This document shows positions 26,171 through 42,235 of a DNA stretch of 64,000 nucleotides, in pieces (positions within the stretch are counted from its first letter, which is position 1; each line of letters starts with the position of its first letter). Location of the stretch: the NCBI RefSeq assembly GCF_009914755.1, contig NC_060939.1; one strand, written 5' to 3'. The notes beneath the pieces were generated by a model, which had not been told where the DNA came from, did not search any database, and saw only the letters and a list, made by a program, of their open reading frames with translations. A program made the translations under genes and the position numbers. The stretch comes from the human T2T-CHM13v2.0 reference genome, Homo sapiens.

Positions 26171-28509
26171 GTAACATTCACTCTATCTGAGCCATTCTCT
26201 GTTACACAAAAGCTGTAAGTAATGAGAAATCAGTCTTGAATATCAGCAAGAGCTCGAGTAAAACCTGCTACTCGCTGCCAACTATGTACCTCTCTGAGCT
26301 CCCCTTTTTTCTCAATTACAAAATAAGACTGCTGTATCCTGAAAGGAACGTGTGCAGATTAACTGAAAGCCTGCATTCCATCTATTTTGCTACACCCACA
26401 TGGCTACACTGGCTTCCAACCTAGTCAGGGGCTCTGTTGTAAATTAGAAGGGACAACATGCCCCACGCCCTGCCAGTCTGGACCTAGCATCATCAGGTTC
26501 GCTACTGCAGCAGGAGTCATAAGCCCATGGCCCAAAGAATGTGCTATGTTTGGCTGAGACAGTATTGTTCTGTTTTTAAATTAATCAACAGCATTTTATA
26601 AATGAAAGGTGTTGCACGAACACGCCACTCTGCAGAATCTCCTAGAAAATCAGCCCCTCTGGTGACAGCAGCCTCGATTCCCACCCAGAGGGCTCCAGCC
26701 GGAGCTGCGGGGAGGCACATCCCTCAAACAGGGTGTGCCCATTTGGCTTCCCTTCTCCTCCTGTGCCCACCAAATCTGAGGGCGGCTCCTGTGGATGTTC
26801 ATATTTGCTACCCCGGCTGAGTACCTCTCCAGGACAGCATTCATCGCCCCAGCCTGAATCCCTCTGTCCCTCACTCAGGTGCCCGCTCTCTGCTGGCAAG
26901 CCTTCAGAGCACCCCCAACCCCTGCACCCACCTCCAGCCCATCCCACAGTTGTCACTAACTCTGAGAAAGAACACTGTGGTCTACCACAGGGCATAGAGT
27001 CACCCTATGGTCCGAATGGCATCGCAGTGGATTCCAATTGAAGGGGAGGGAGGGAGAAAGAAAAGGCCAGAGAGTGCTGAGGCTCCAGCACCACCAGCTT
27101 CTCCACTTGGGCCAGGCCCTGCTCACTTTCACTTGCATGGTGTCCTGTTTCCATACACTGGATACAGTCCTGATGGCCTTGCTCCCACCAAGGAGCCCTC
27201 TAGTTCTGAAGTCACCAGGCTCTGGTGGGTACGAGATCCTGTCCCCTTGTCCAGATCCCTCTCCTTCCTCTGCTTTCACTTGGCTGCTCCAAGGTGGCCC
27301 TGAGTCCTGCTTATTCCCCAGTCCCCACCCCTTTGCTGACGGCCCTTCCCGAGTACCCAGAATCTCTGCACACTCCCGCCCTCCCTGATGGATTCCCTTG
27401 CATCCACTTTGCTCTGGGCCACTCTGCACAGGGAGGAGTGTTCTGGAGAATCCAGCGGTCCTGGAAGCCTGCTCACCTCCCCGCGCCCCGCTCCACTGTC
27501 CCCTCCCAAGGCACACTCTCTCACCTCTCTCAGTAGAGTCTACCCCCTAGAAAACTTTTTAAATGTCTCCAGAATGATGTTTTTCCCTGCTTCGAGCCAA
27601 CAACTCTGGTTCTTCCAAAAAGAATAAGGAAGCTGCAGTTTATTTAAACATTTTTTCAAGGAATTCTCCTGCTTCTCCCCAGAAGTCTGTTCTCTGTTTC
27701 ACAGCTTCAGGTGATTCCCACCTGTGGGCTGTTGGCCTCCCTCCTTCCTGAGGCAGACCTTCCACCTAGGCTGCAGATACTGTTGCATCTAATTCAGACT
27801 CAGACTCACACACACATATACCCAGCTGTGTCTGTGTCTGTGTCTCTGTGAGTGTGTGCACGTGCACACATGCATGTGTGTTTTGTGGAAAGGATTTCAG
27901 AAGGAGCCTTCTGTTCAAAACCAGTTTCTCCCAGTTGTCTCTGCCATGGAACCTCCTCGTTTAAAAACATTCCCACTATGGGGAGTAAGATTCTTCAGGC
28001 ACACTTTCCCATCCAGCAGGAGCTGGGGTCGGGACAAGCTTCCAGCATCCTCTTCCCTGGATGGCTGGAGAGAAATGCGGGCCCACAGATGGGTGGTAAC
28101 CACACTGGTTTTCCAGAAAGTATTGATTTTAAGAATTCTAACCTGTATTCCACCTATATCCCAGTGCTCTAAGACCCAGCGACCATATGCCCAAGCTATG
28201 AGCTCAGGAAATAGGGTCCCCTTAAACTTTAATAAGTCATTTTATCTCCCCATTTCTCACTTAAAGAGTGAAACTGTGTAGACAACATGAAGTAACAAAG
28301 ATGTGTGCACTATAGAAGTTTAAAATGCTACCAAATTAGGGAACCTCAACTAGTTCTTTGTTTTATGTTAGGAAAAATGGGAAACTACACCGCTCTCTCC
28401 TGTGAGTTTAAAATGCTGGTTAAGGCACTGCCACTGGGTCTTGCTAATCACAACAGCTGAAAATCTGCCAAAGAAGAAGATGAAGATGAAGACAAAGAAG
28501 AAAAAGGAG

Positions 28510-28983
<474 letters not shown>

Positions 28984-29570
28984 TCATTCATTCATGGCGT
29001 GTGTTCATTCATATAGCAGAAATGTACCAAATTATACTTGTTTTGTCCCCTGCATTTTCCCCTCACAGTTAGATTCTGGACATTTCCCTCAAGTACCCGA
29101 GTAACCTTCCCGTCATTGTTATGAATGATGGCTCTGGCTTCCCGTGATTTTCTTAACCAATCCCCTTTAGATGTCCTTTCAGTTTTTTCCTGTTGATTTT
29201 CTTCCTCTCCCTCTCCAAAACAGTATTATAACACTACCATGCGCATCCTTGAATATACTTATTTAGTGGTTTGTGATTAATTTCTAAATAATAGATTCCT
29301 AGAAACTGAATTGCTAGATTGAAAGGCATTAAAAGTTTTGAAATGCCTCATTTTTTTTTATTGTTGAGGAGGTCGTCTTGGTAACACATGAACTTAACAT
29401 GTGGGTGATAAACACAGAACACAGGCGAACTCTGACACATGGACTGGAACGACTGCAGGAACCCTCTCTCCTTACGGACCCCAAAATAACCAGCCAAGTG
29501 CTATGGTAATTTGACAGCTTGGAGCCAAACCACCACTGAGATTGTTTCCTGCACAGAATTGTACCACTAA

Positions 29571-30101
<531 letters not shown>

Positions 30102-30441
30102 TCACCCAGGAAACCCAAGAAGAGCCATTACAGACCCATCACCTGCAATGCCATTGCTGATCCATTCTATCCCAAAATCCATTTGCAAGATTGACAGTCA
30201 CTTGGCTTCTACTGGAGTCATCAATGCCTGTGGCAGAGTGGTTGAGGAGCTCACAGAGCCAAAAAAGGTCAACAGATGTGACGTAATGAATGACCTCCTC
30301 CCTTATCACTAGCAGGGGAGGGATGGCAACAGAACCTTATGGCAGCGTCAGTCTTGAACTCGGGTCACAGATGAGAAAGGGGATCCAGTTAGAAGAAGAA
30401 GTAGACAAGCTATAAGACAAGTTTCACCTATGCATGAATGG

Positions 30442-30798
30442 CGTATTAGTCCATTTTCATGCTGCTGATAAAGACATACTCAAGACTGGGTAATTTATGA
30501 AGAAAAAGAGGCTTAATGGACTCACAGTTCCACACAGCTGAGCAGGCCTCACAATCATGGTGGAAGGCAAAAGGCACATCTTACACGGCAGCAGACAAGA
30601 AAGAATGAGAGCCAAGTGAAAGGGGAAATCCCTTATAGAATCATCAGATCTCACAAGACTTACTACCATGAGAACATATGGGGGAAAATGCCCCCATGAT
30701 TCAGTTACATCCCACCGGTTCCCTCCCACAACACGTGGGGATTATGGGAGCTACAGTTCAAGATGAGATTTGGGTGGGGACACAGCCACACCATATCA
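30442..30798 (-). mobile_element. THE1 (THE1C/D-like) solo LTR
   Basis: gtattagtccattttcatgctgctgataaagac...gggacacagccacaccatatca. TSD aatgg/gatgg. Confidence 0.92.
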
Positions 30799-32410
30799 GA
30801 TGGAGACCATCAAGAACACCTTAGTTAGTGTGTGTCTGCTCCCTCCTCCTAAAAATAACAGTAATGCTTGCCCTTCCTACCTCCTACTGACGTGTGGCCA
30901 GGAATCACTGTGAGAATGAGAAAGTGCAGCCCTTGAAGGTGAGCTCAAAGGGTTAAGCAGGTCCCCTTTGGGCTGGGGCAGCCAGGAAGATGCTTCCTGG
31001 TGACCTGAGAACATCATGACATCCCCGCAAGGTTGCTACTGCCTAGTAGAGAAATCTGTTTTCATCTCAGATGTAATCCAACCACAAAGACATTGAAAAT
31101 AGCCCTCCTGCTGCAAGCAGACAGCCACAGGGTGCTCACCCTACTGTTGTTTATAATACCAAACATTCAGAAACAACCTATGCTGTCCAACAGCCCTCAG
31201 ATATATACAGAACGTCTATACAGTGGGATACTAATGTATTTTAAAAATAAGAGAACGGCCTGAAAATATGCTCAAGAAGCCATGTTATGTGGAAAAAGCA
31301 GACGGCAGGTTCCTCAGGGTCTCCTGTGATGTGGACCAAAATGTTGATGCTTCTATTTCTGCTGCAAGATCCTCTCTCCTTTCAGCTCATCTGTGTTTTC
31401 TAAATTTTCAACTGTGCTTGAATGAGTAAAGAAACTTTGGCTTGTTCTATTTGTCTTGCTTTGTGTTTAGCCTCTCTTCACCACAGTACAGCCGAGAATT
31501 CCAGGGGCCAAAATGCTGACCGAGCAGCCGGCATGGGTCAGAACACAGAGCTGCAGCACTGGGTAGGTTATTAATAAGTAATTAGCGGCTAGCATTTCTC
31601 AGAGCACTTTGGAAGGAAGTAATGCCTCCTAGTCCGCCCCACAGAAAAGACTTCAGATGTGGAACTTTGAGCAAGCTCAAGCACAGACTTAAAAAAGAAA
31701 CAGCCCAGCCCACGAGAGCCTGCTTCAACCAGAACAGCATGAAAACGGTGGAAAAGAATCCGCAGAACCAGGCTAAGGGGAAAGACAGGGACCAGCACAA
31801 ACCCTGCTTCTTTGAAGGGGATGTCAGCAGTAATCGGGGAGCAAGAAGCCTTCATTAGGACTCAGTTGTATAGCACATGTGATCTATGGTAGGTGAGCAC
31901 CAAATGCATTGGAGCATTGCAGATGGGGAGACAGACCTGCCTCATTTGGGCAGACATGGCTTTCTAACCCAGAGTACATAGAACAGGCAAGCAAGAGCTT
32001 TGCAGACTGTTGCTTCAGCAAGAATTTTTTCTCTCTGGATATACTACAGTTTACAAAAACAATTCTTGTTAAATAAAGTGCAGGTTCTACATAAATGCAG
32101 TGTTCATCTTACCTTCAATTTCTGTTTGTGGAAAGGCTTGGATTTGGCCATTGATTCTGTGTTCATTGGAACAGCAGTGTGGGAAGTGTAGGGTCAGGGA
32201 CCCATCCAGCCTGGGACTTGGACACTGAACTGCCAGGGGCCACTCTTACAGGGTGCCGTGACATGGCAGCAACTGCTGGCTGCTTTGGAAAGGGGACAAC
32301 ACCTCAACTCGGCAGGCACCCCACCCAAGGTGTTTCCTTTCAGCTCTCTCCCCACTCTCCCAGAGAAGGTCGTTGGCCCTGCAAAGTGAGCAATAAAATA
32401 AAATAAAGTC

Positions 32411-32709
32411 GTCCCAACGCGGTGGTTCATGCCTATAATCCCAGCACTTTGGGAGGCTGAGGCAGGAGGATTGCTTGAGCTCAGGAGGTGGAGACCAGCC
32501 TGGGCAACATGGTGAAACCCCTTCTCTACAAAGGATTCAAAATTTAGCCAGGTGTGCTGGCGTGCACCTGTAGTCTCAGCAACTTGGGAGGCTGAGGTGG
32601 GAGGATGGCTTGAGCCTGGGAGGTGGAGATTGCAGTGAGCCAGAGATCATGCCACTGCACTCCAACCTGGGCAACAGAGTGAGACCCCATCATAAATTAA
32701 TTAATTATT
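32411..32709 (+). mobile_element. AluJ
   Basis: J diagnostics present. TSD taaagtc. Confidence 0.9.
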
Positions 32710-33384
32710 TAAAGTCAAATACCATAAACAGAAGAGGAAGGAAGAGGGGGCATCATTCTGATTAAAACAGTCTTCCTGATTAGGTTACTTCCCCAAAAGG
32801 GGGAGGGGGTTGCTATGGCTTAAACCACCACAGAATCCCCCAGATCACAGGGGAAACTGATGTTGTGAAGCCTCTGCTCAAAGATGCTGCGACTGCCTTG
32901 ACTCTCCTTGGAAAGGGAGAGGCATTATTACGACTGCTTTACGAACAGCACAACCAGAGGTCCTGGTTCCTTCATTCAGTTAAGAAAGCCTGCCTGAGTG
33001 AGGGGCCATGTTGGAGCCCAGGTCTCTAAGACCCTAACACCTCACTGCCCAAGAGCCACACCCAGATAAACCAAAGCTCCAGAAATAGCACCAGGTTCTC
33101 CACCCCATTCAATGAACTTGTGACTGAGAACAGTATCGTGTTTTATGAAGTGATTTATTTTATGAGTTGCAAATACTAGGCACTTGACCCAAAGCCTCAG
33201 AGAGACTTACAGATCCAAATCGCTTTATCATTCTACTCCTTGGGTTTTGTATGTTACAACCACCTATTAACTGATTCTGTGACCTTTAGCGGGCCACTTA
33301 ACCTCCTTTTCTGAGTTTTTTTCATCCATAATAGAATCCCTCTCCATCCAATAACACAGAAGCCATGTGGTGTAAAACCCATAG

Positions 33385-33535
33385 ACTGAGTTCATGAACT
33401 CACATGAGGAGCCTGAAAAAAAACATGCAGATTCCACCCCCCAGAATTCCAATTCCGTGGGCCTGATCGAGGCCCAGTGAACTGTACTTTTATAATAAGC
33501 GTCCCTGAAAATGAAGATGCAGGTGGTCAAACGCA
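33385..33535. mobile_element. MER5A-like MITE
   Basis: catgcagattccaccccccagaattccaattc...ggcccagtgaactgtactttt...gatgcaggtggtc. Confidence 0.6.
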
Positions 33536-33770
33536 TACAAAAAATAAAAAAACCCAGAACAATAAAACCAACACTCCAGGCATTTTTCTCATCCAACGCT
33601 CGGTCAATCAATCAATTTTTAACTACAGAAAAGAAGATGTGAAAAGAAAATGATAACAATGACCCAACTGCATCTGCATAAACTTGTGCTTTCATAGACA
33701 TGATGAAAATCTAATTTGATAGTAAGTCACGAGCCTGGCAGGCAGGAGGAGTTCAATGACCGCTGTGTAA

Positions 33771-34101
<331 letters not shown>

Positions 34102-34619
34102 TAATTTTTTTAATACATGTTTTTTTACATTTTCACATTCTCCTGCTGTCAAATACTAAATTATTTATCATCAGCAAAAGCGAGTTGAAAAAAAATTACC
34201 TGGGTCTGACCAAATTGGAGTGGGTTTCATACTCCATTGCTCTCAAAGAGAATCTTGACCCAACTCCAGTGACCTAACCCAAAGCTGCAATTTTCTAGCT
34301 CACAGGTGACAAAACTAACGGAAAACGTACATCTAAGTACACTGCCAGCAGCAAGACAGACCCAAGCTGAAGTTACATAGATTTTCTGTTTCATGAACAC
34401 TGTCTTTTTTCTGTCATTATCAATAACATTGGGGTCAGCCACAGGGGAGACCACACAAAACAAGATTTGAAGGCTGGGAATGGATGGGTCTTGGTGTGGG
34501 AGGGAGGGGTCTTCGTGCGCCCACATGTCTCTGGCTTCTAACCTCCTTACTGGAACCCTCAGGGGCCAAGAGGAAGGTGGAAGTGGATGGAGCCCAGCAT
34601 TCTAGTCTTATCCTTACAT

Positions 34620-35165
34620 TACTGCTGGGTGGAAAGTGGCAAAGGCCAACCAAATGAGAACAGCAAAGGCTATTTATTCAGAGTCTGCTTCAGCAAGGGA
34701 GTCAGCCATTGTCACTTGCATGTGGCAGTGACCTAAAGGCAGGCAGAGGAGTGGGAGAGCTTTATTGTGGGATAAAAGGTGGGGGAAAGGCTTTAGATGT
34801 GACCTCATTGGAGGCTGTTGGTGTCAGGAACAGGGCATCCTATGGGATTGGTTAGGGGTGCATAGTGGGCTCTGTCTAATTGGTCCTAAGTTGGAAGTAG
34901 GGACAAAAATTAGAGAAGCTATCAGTTATTAAACAAGTCTTGGCCATTTGGGGCTGATTGTTATAGAAGCTATTGTTTGACTTCCTGGATTGTTACTAGA
35001 GATGGCAATCTGACTTCCCATAAGTCTGGCTTCCAGCAGGCTGGCTTCCCAGGCTGGGTATTGTAGATAAGGGATTGATTTCCTAGGCAGGTGGCTACAG
35101 GTTGTGGGTCGGTGTTTTGTTTTTATAAATGGACCATCAATTGTTCATTTGTATATCCAATCTCT
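34620..35165 (-). mobile_element. ERV1 solo LTR (MER67/MER31 family)
   Basis: Reverse strand ...gacccacaacctgtagccacctgcctaggaaatcaatcccttatctacaata...ctctgaataaa resembles MER67/MER31. Confidence 0.7.
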
Positions 35166-36150
35166 GCTCTACAGAACAAACCAGTCTGTAGCGAAGACCC
35201 CTGGATAAAGTCCTGAGGCCTTAGACTGTGCGCTGGAAACTGTACCCATCACCCCAGGCAGGAACTGAGACACAGGGGATGTTAGAGTGGGAGGGAACAG
35301 GGGTCTGCTCTCCACTGCCTCCTGTGGTAGATGAGCTTCCTGGTCACTCAGCTGGGGATGGTCGTGGGGAACTAGAACACCAATCCCCCAACTCCTAGCT
35401 CAGTGCTCTCCCCAGATCTCAAGGTGTGCCTATGATTCTGATGAGAGATGCCATTATTTATTAGGGGTATGTGCGGGTTGTCCTTGAGTTCACAAAAGCA
35501 CTTTTATTAACCCAGAACTCCAAATTGCCCATGTTCTGAAGGACAAGCTGGGGAGTATTGGGTTACAAACCATGAACCACTCCAAATCCCCATTTCCTCA
35601 TCTGGGAAGGCCAGATGATTCCATTTCTAAAGAGCTTTCCAGGCTATCCCTCTGTGATTCTATGATCTTAATGTGTCTATTGTGAGTTTGTCAAAGGAGA
35701 GTCCTCTATCAGGAACAACCAAGAAGTTGCTGATGAGTCTAAACCATTCTACTCAGAATTTCTCAACTCATCCCAGTAGCTGTCCGCTCCAAAATGAGAC
35801 TATAAAAAATAAATAAAATAAAAAATAAAGGACATCTCTAAATACCATATGAAACTTTGACTTTATCTCCTCATCTATTGGTTTCCCAAAAGGAGTAAAT
35901 TTGACTTAGCATCCTGTTCCATCAGTTCAGATAGTCAAGGAAAAGGAGTGTGTGCATAATCCAAGTTTAAGAGGATATCTCTGATATTTTGTCCAATTCA
36001 ATCTTCCAATTCCAGGACTTGGGAGCAAGGGGTAGTTTGTTTTTGCTTTTGTTTTTTTGTTTTTGTTTTTGTTAATGTATCTTACTCACAAGTTTATAAT
36101 TTGCTTTCCAAAAATGTTACTTCATATTTGAACTCCATTTATTGTTTTAG

Positions 36151-36767
<617 letters not shown>

Positions 36768-36929
36768 TGCCTCCTCTTCTTATTCTTTTTCTTGTTCCTT
36801 TTTCCTTTCAGTTTTTACTGCATTCCCATTTGAACCCTTCATTACCCTATCCTTTTCATTCTTTTATCTTTTCATTCTTTCATCCTTTCCAAAAAAAGAA
36901 TCTTTTTCCAAAGAAGATATCTAGAATGC

Positions 36930-37583
36930 AGTATATAAACATTAAAATTTAAAATAAGACCTAAAAAAGAATAGGCAAAATTAAGACAAATGATAAATCT
37001 GAAAATATTTTAACGTATATAACAAATAAACATTTAATAACTTTTACATACAAACAGTTCTTACAACTCAGTAAAAACAAACATCTCCGATAAACATGAA
37101 GAGTTAATTATACACAAAAATGACTACAAACTTCCAATAAATGTATGAAAAAATACCTAATCTCAATAATAATTTTAAATCCAAATTAAAACAAATAAGT
37201 TGGAATTTAGCAACTATCAGATTGACGAAAATGTAATAAAATGTGATGCCTAGTATTGGTTAATTGTATTACTCAATTTTATATATCTTCGTACTTATTT
37301 GTCTCCTTAATCTATCAGTTTCCAAGACTATTAACATTGTTGATTCATTTATTTTCCTTGTACTTCTGCCACATTGTGCTTGAGACTAAATTGTTCCTTT
37401 AGATATACAGGTAGGTAGGTAGATAGACAGACAGACAGACAGATGGATAGATGATAGATAGATAGATAGACTTAATTCAAGGCAAAAATGAAAGAACAAA
37501 AAGGAGTAAGACTGCTATTCTGGCTTTCTTTGCTTCATATTTGCTTGGCCTTTTTCTCAATGCTAACTAAGTACTGATTGGTA

Positions 37584-37617
<34 letters not shown>

Positions 37618-38640
37618 TGATGATGATGATATGACCACTAATATAGTGATTTAAAACAATAGAATTTAAAATCCTAAAAAGCATAAGATAGAAGATGGGA
37701 GAAATGTAAAAGCAATTTAAAACATTCTAAGGTCTTTGTACTCTTCTGGAGAAAGAAGCAATAATTGTTATGTTTAGACTTGTTAAGTAGGCATAGTATA
37801 AATTGAAGGGTAGAAGAGAAATAGTAAACATAACTTCAAAACAAGTAGATGAAGAAAAAAAAATTTAAATACACAGCCTCTGACAGAAAACAAAAATATG
37901 TTTAAAACAAAGCACAATAAACAGATAACAAAAAGAATATAGCAGAAATACATCTAAACATATTCACAAAAAATATAAATGGATTAAACTCTCCAGTTAA
38001 AGATCAATACTTCCAGATAAGATTTTTTAATTCAGCTATTTGTAAAAATGAATCTACTAGGTCTACCTATATAAACGTAAATAAAGTTCATAAACATAAC
38101 GTTCAGTGAAAAAAAAGTTGAATAAAGAATAGAGTATTTCTCAATCATGTACAATTTAAAACATATAAAGCAAAACTATAAAAACAAAAAGTGTTGCATA
38201 TCATTTTTAAGATAGTGGTACTATCTGGGGAATAATAGGGGAAACTGGATGTTGAGGGTGGGGACAGATGTGAATTTCATTTGTACCTGTAAAGTAGTAT
38301 TTTCCAAAAGAAAATTTTAGGGAAAACATGTAGCAAAATTTTAAAAATGAGTTAAATCCAGTTGGGCATCTGTTATGTTTTGTATTTTGGTGTATGTTTA
38401 AAATATTTCATGATAAAAAACTAATTCAATAACTAAATGAAACAAATTCATATGTATAATAAATACCAATTTTGTTGGAGTTTTTTCAAATATTTTCATG
38501 CTAGGAAAATGTGTAAATATATAAACTATAGTTCTTACACTTTTCTGTATTTTCTAAATTTCCTAACACTACGTCTTTATAAATTTTTAAAATGTTCATT
38601 TAAAAATAACAGAACATTTTCTAGACAGAAGAAGAGAAAA
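36930..38640. mobile_element. Cluster of ancient L1M fragments (AT-rich)
   Basis: Degenerate L1 motifs: aatataaatggattaaactctccagttaaaga, ctatcagattgac, gatagtggtactatctgggg. Confidence 0.65.
37410..37450. repeat. Compound (GGTA)(GACA)(GATA) tetranucleotide STR
   Basis: Seen directly. A (GAT)/(GGT) trinucleotide tract follows at about 37585-37630. Confidence 0.9.
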
Positions 38641-38761
38641 TAAAAGCAGATTTTCTCGGAGAAAGACTCTTTCCACACAAAAATAACCATGAGCAGCCCA
38701 ATCAGTTACTCCACCCCAAGAAGACCTTTTCTCTAATGGAGCTTTAAGCTAATACCGTTTC

Positions 38762-38780
38762 TGGCCAGCAGGTGGCGGTG
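38762..38780 (+). promoter_or_regulatory. CTCF binding motif
   Basis: TGGCCAGCAGGTGGCGGTG matches the core CCASYAGRKGGCRS fully, in unique sequence. Confidence 0.7.
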
Positions 38781-39593
38781 ACGTAATAGTCGTTTTAAAC
38801 CAAGCATTTCAAATCTAGACATCATTCCTAAAGTGAAACAGTTTTTATGGCGCATCTGATTTTTGTACCAAGGTTCTGTCTGGCTTGTGTGTGTGTTCAC
38901 CCTACATTTGTTTCTCCCCATTCACTTAGAATCTATTCCAAAGCTTTGGTTTTTCCCACTCCATTTGCAGAAGCAATCCCCTAGTGATGCAAGAAAGCTA
39001 CAAAGCCAGAGGCAAGAAACCCTGGAGCTCTTTTCCCCCTATTCCTTTATCCAGTGAAATGTTTCATTGCCACTCTATGTAAACCTGACCCAAAATAATG
39101 CTTTAAGTCAACATTTACCAGCTTGTCTGAAAAAAATGTGAAACAAAATCCAAAAACTAGCCCTATCTTTCCAGCACCGTTTGAAAAAAACTAGCTCTGT
39201 CTTCACCATCTAAAAGCTGCCTCTGCACAGCCTGAAGTGCTCCAATATTCTTATGAATAATTAAGTTTGTCTAGTGTGTGTTGAACATGGAGACATCTCT
39301 TAGCCCACACATGTCTTGTGAGCATCTCTAACTCAGAATTGACGTTAGCAAACTAACTGCAAAAAAAAAAAAAAAAGTGTTACATCAACCCAGACACCAG
39401 CCACAGACCCTGGTGACTGTCTTCTCTGCTCTCCCTGAGGGCTTTCCGGCCCTGGCCCATGTGAGTGACTTGCTTCCCAGGAGGTTCTCTGTCCCCTCTC
39501 CTAGTGTCCACACAGAGACCTCTGACTTCCTGTCTCCCTGGACTAGTAGAAGCCACAGAGAGCCTTCAGGTGCTGCCTCTGTACACATTAAAA

Positions 39594-39700
39594 CTTGGGA
39601 GGCTGAGTCAGGAGAATCGCTTGAATCCTGGAAGGCGGAGGCTGCAGTGAGCAGAGATGGCGCCACTGCACTCCAGTCTGGCGACAGAGCAAGACTGTCA
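39594..39700 (+). mobile_element. 5'-truncated Alu (right-monomer 3' part)
   Basis: ttgggaggctgagtcaggagaatcgcttgaa...agcaagactgtc. Confidence 0.9.
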
Positions 39701-39735
39701 AAAAAGAAAGAAAAGAAAAGAGAAAAGAAAAGAAG

Positions 39736-39794
<59 letters not shown>

Positions 39795-39852
39795 AAAGAG
39801 ATAGAGAGAGAGAGAGAGAAAGGAAGGAAGGAAAGAAAGAAGGAAAGAAAAC
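39700..39852. repeat. (GAAA)n/(GA)n/(GGAA)n Alu-tail microsatellite
   Basis: About 150-bp polypurine tract with a long perfect GAAA run. Confidence 0.95.
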
Positions 39853-40261
39853 AGAGACCCAAGGCAGAACTTACCCAGCTCCCTCACAAGGAACTTTTGG
39901 TTTTGTCCTCATCATCCTTCTGCCTTTTTTCTTTGATTTCCCATGAATCCCTCCCAAGTTCCTTGGGTCCTCTCTTTCTAACAATCCTTCATGGGCTGCT
40001 CGCTAGAGTCGTTCCCCCATGTATGGCACGAGGATAACAGAGGCGAACCTGGTTTGCAGCCCTTCATGCTGCTTTGGCCACAGTTGCACATGGGAAAGGC
40101 AGGTCAGAGCAGCAGTTCATGGCTGAAGCCCCACACAGTGGCAAATGGGCTGCTTCTCTCAGAGGCCCTACACTGATGTCAGTGCACACCCCCAAAATGG
40201 CCCTTCCCCACTCAACCCCCTGCCCTGGAATTCTATATTCATCCTTGTAACTGCCCTAAGA

Positions 40262-40365
40262 GGGCATGTGTCTGTGGTCCCAGCCACTCAAGAGGCTGAG
40301 GCGAGAGGATCGCGTGAGCCTGGAGGTCGAGGCTGCAGTGAGCTGTGATAGAATCACTGCACTCT
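40262..40365 (+). mobile_element. FRAM/AluJ right-monomer fragment
   Basis: gaggatcgcgtgagcctggaggtcgaggctgcagtgagctgtgat. Confidence 0.8.
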
Positions 40366-40842
40366 TGCAGTATTACAGGATGCCTTACTAGTTGTTGGAA
40401 AGCTTTGCAAAAAGATTTACCCAGAATTCACTCTCTGGTGCTCCTGCACCTACACAGAGAACGCACGACATTGTTCTGCAGTCCCAGGATGGGGGCACCC
40501 TCCCTGCTGACCTAATGTAGGCATTGTTTAAAGATGTGTGTCTTACTGTAATCGTCAGCCCTGCATTAGAAAATTGCCTTCTGAGAAAGTGGAAAATCCT
40601 GTGAAGAAATCCTGTGGGACTAAGAGGCCTAGAAAAGCAGATACATTTAAAAAAAAAACAAAAAACAAAAACAACCCTGCAAGTGAGAGAGACAGACACG
40701 TAAAGACATACCCGTGGTCATAAACAAGTCCACGTCTGGAGCACATGTGACTTGATTATTTCTCTAACCATAAGAAATTTTTAAAAATCATGTGTGATTG
40801 GTTGTGGAAAGCTTCACAGTGTTGCTCAGGAAAGCACCACAC

Positions 40843-41534
40843 TTTTTATTTATTTATTTGTTTATTTTTTATTTTTATTCTAAGTTCTGGGATACATGTG
40901 CTGAACGTGCAGGTTTGTTACATAGGTATACATGTGCCATGGTGGTCTGCTGCACCCATCAACCCGTCGTCTAGGTATTAAGCCCCACATGCATTAGGTA
41001 TTTGTCCTAATGCTCTCCCTCCCTTTTCCCCTCAACCCCCGACAGGCCTCAGTGTGTGATGTTCCCCTCCCTGTGTCCATGTGTTCCCATTGTTCAGCTC
41101 CCACTTAGAAGTGAGAACATGCGGTGTTTGGTTTTCTGTTCCTGTGTTAGTTTGCTGAGGATGATGGTTTCCAGCTTCAACCACGTCCCTGCAAAGGACA
41201 CGAACTCATTCTTTTTTATGGCTGCCTAGTATTCCATGGTGTATATGTGCCACATTTTCTTTATCCAGTCTATCATTGATGGGCATTTGGGTTGGTCCCA
41301 AGTCTTTGCTATTGTAAATAGTGCTGCAATAAACATATGTGTGCATGTGTCTTTATAGTAGAATGATTTATAATCCTTTGGGTATATAGCCAGTAATGGG
41401 ATTGCTGGGTCAAATGGTATTTCTGGTTTTATATCCTTAAGGAATTGCCACACTGTCTTCCACAATGGTTGAACTAATTTACACTCCCACCAACAGTGTA
41501 AAAGCATTCCTATTTCTCCACATCCTCACCAGCA
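40843..41534 (-). mobile_element. L1PA7/8-like 5'-truncated LINE-1
   Basis: ORF 41226-41507(-) is the ORF2 C-terminus ([16 protein letters not shown]). TSD acacttt. Confidence 0.93.
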
Positions 41535-41877
41535 ACACTTTATAAAAACTACAAAAACACCTCCCTTGACAGCCACTGTGGGATGCTGCTGCCACCCTGA
41601 TGATACAAGGTATGGATCATCGAAGTTCTGAAAAGCGTTCGGAAGAAGGAAAGAGATAATTCAATGGAGAAGATGAGTTTCAAACCAAGGAAGGCCTGGA
41701 AGGTCAGGAGATACAAGAAAGAATGAATACTTGAGGCTGTGGCCGCCTTCTCCAGGGAGCGGCAGGCAACTGGAGGAAGGTGTCAACTCCAAAGCAAATT
41801 TTTTTATGTTTGCTAGTTTTTATGTTTGCTAGTTTTATAAAACTAGGGCCGTTTTATAAAAAAAAAAAAAAAAATGG

Positions 41878-42235
<358 letters not shown>

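Noticed and set aside
26602-27627. Dense cluster of ORFs on both strands
   Set aside because: GC-rich, stop-poor sequence open in many frames, with no protein-like signal.
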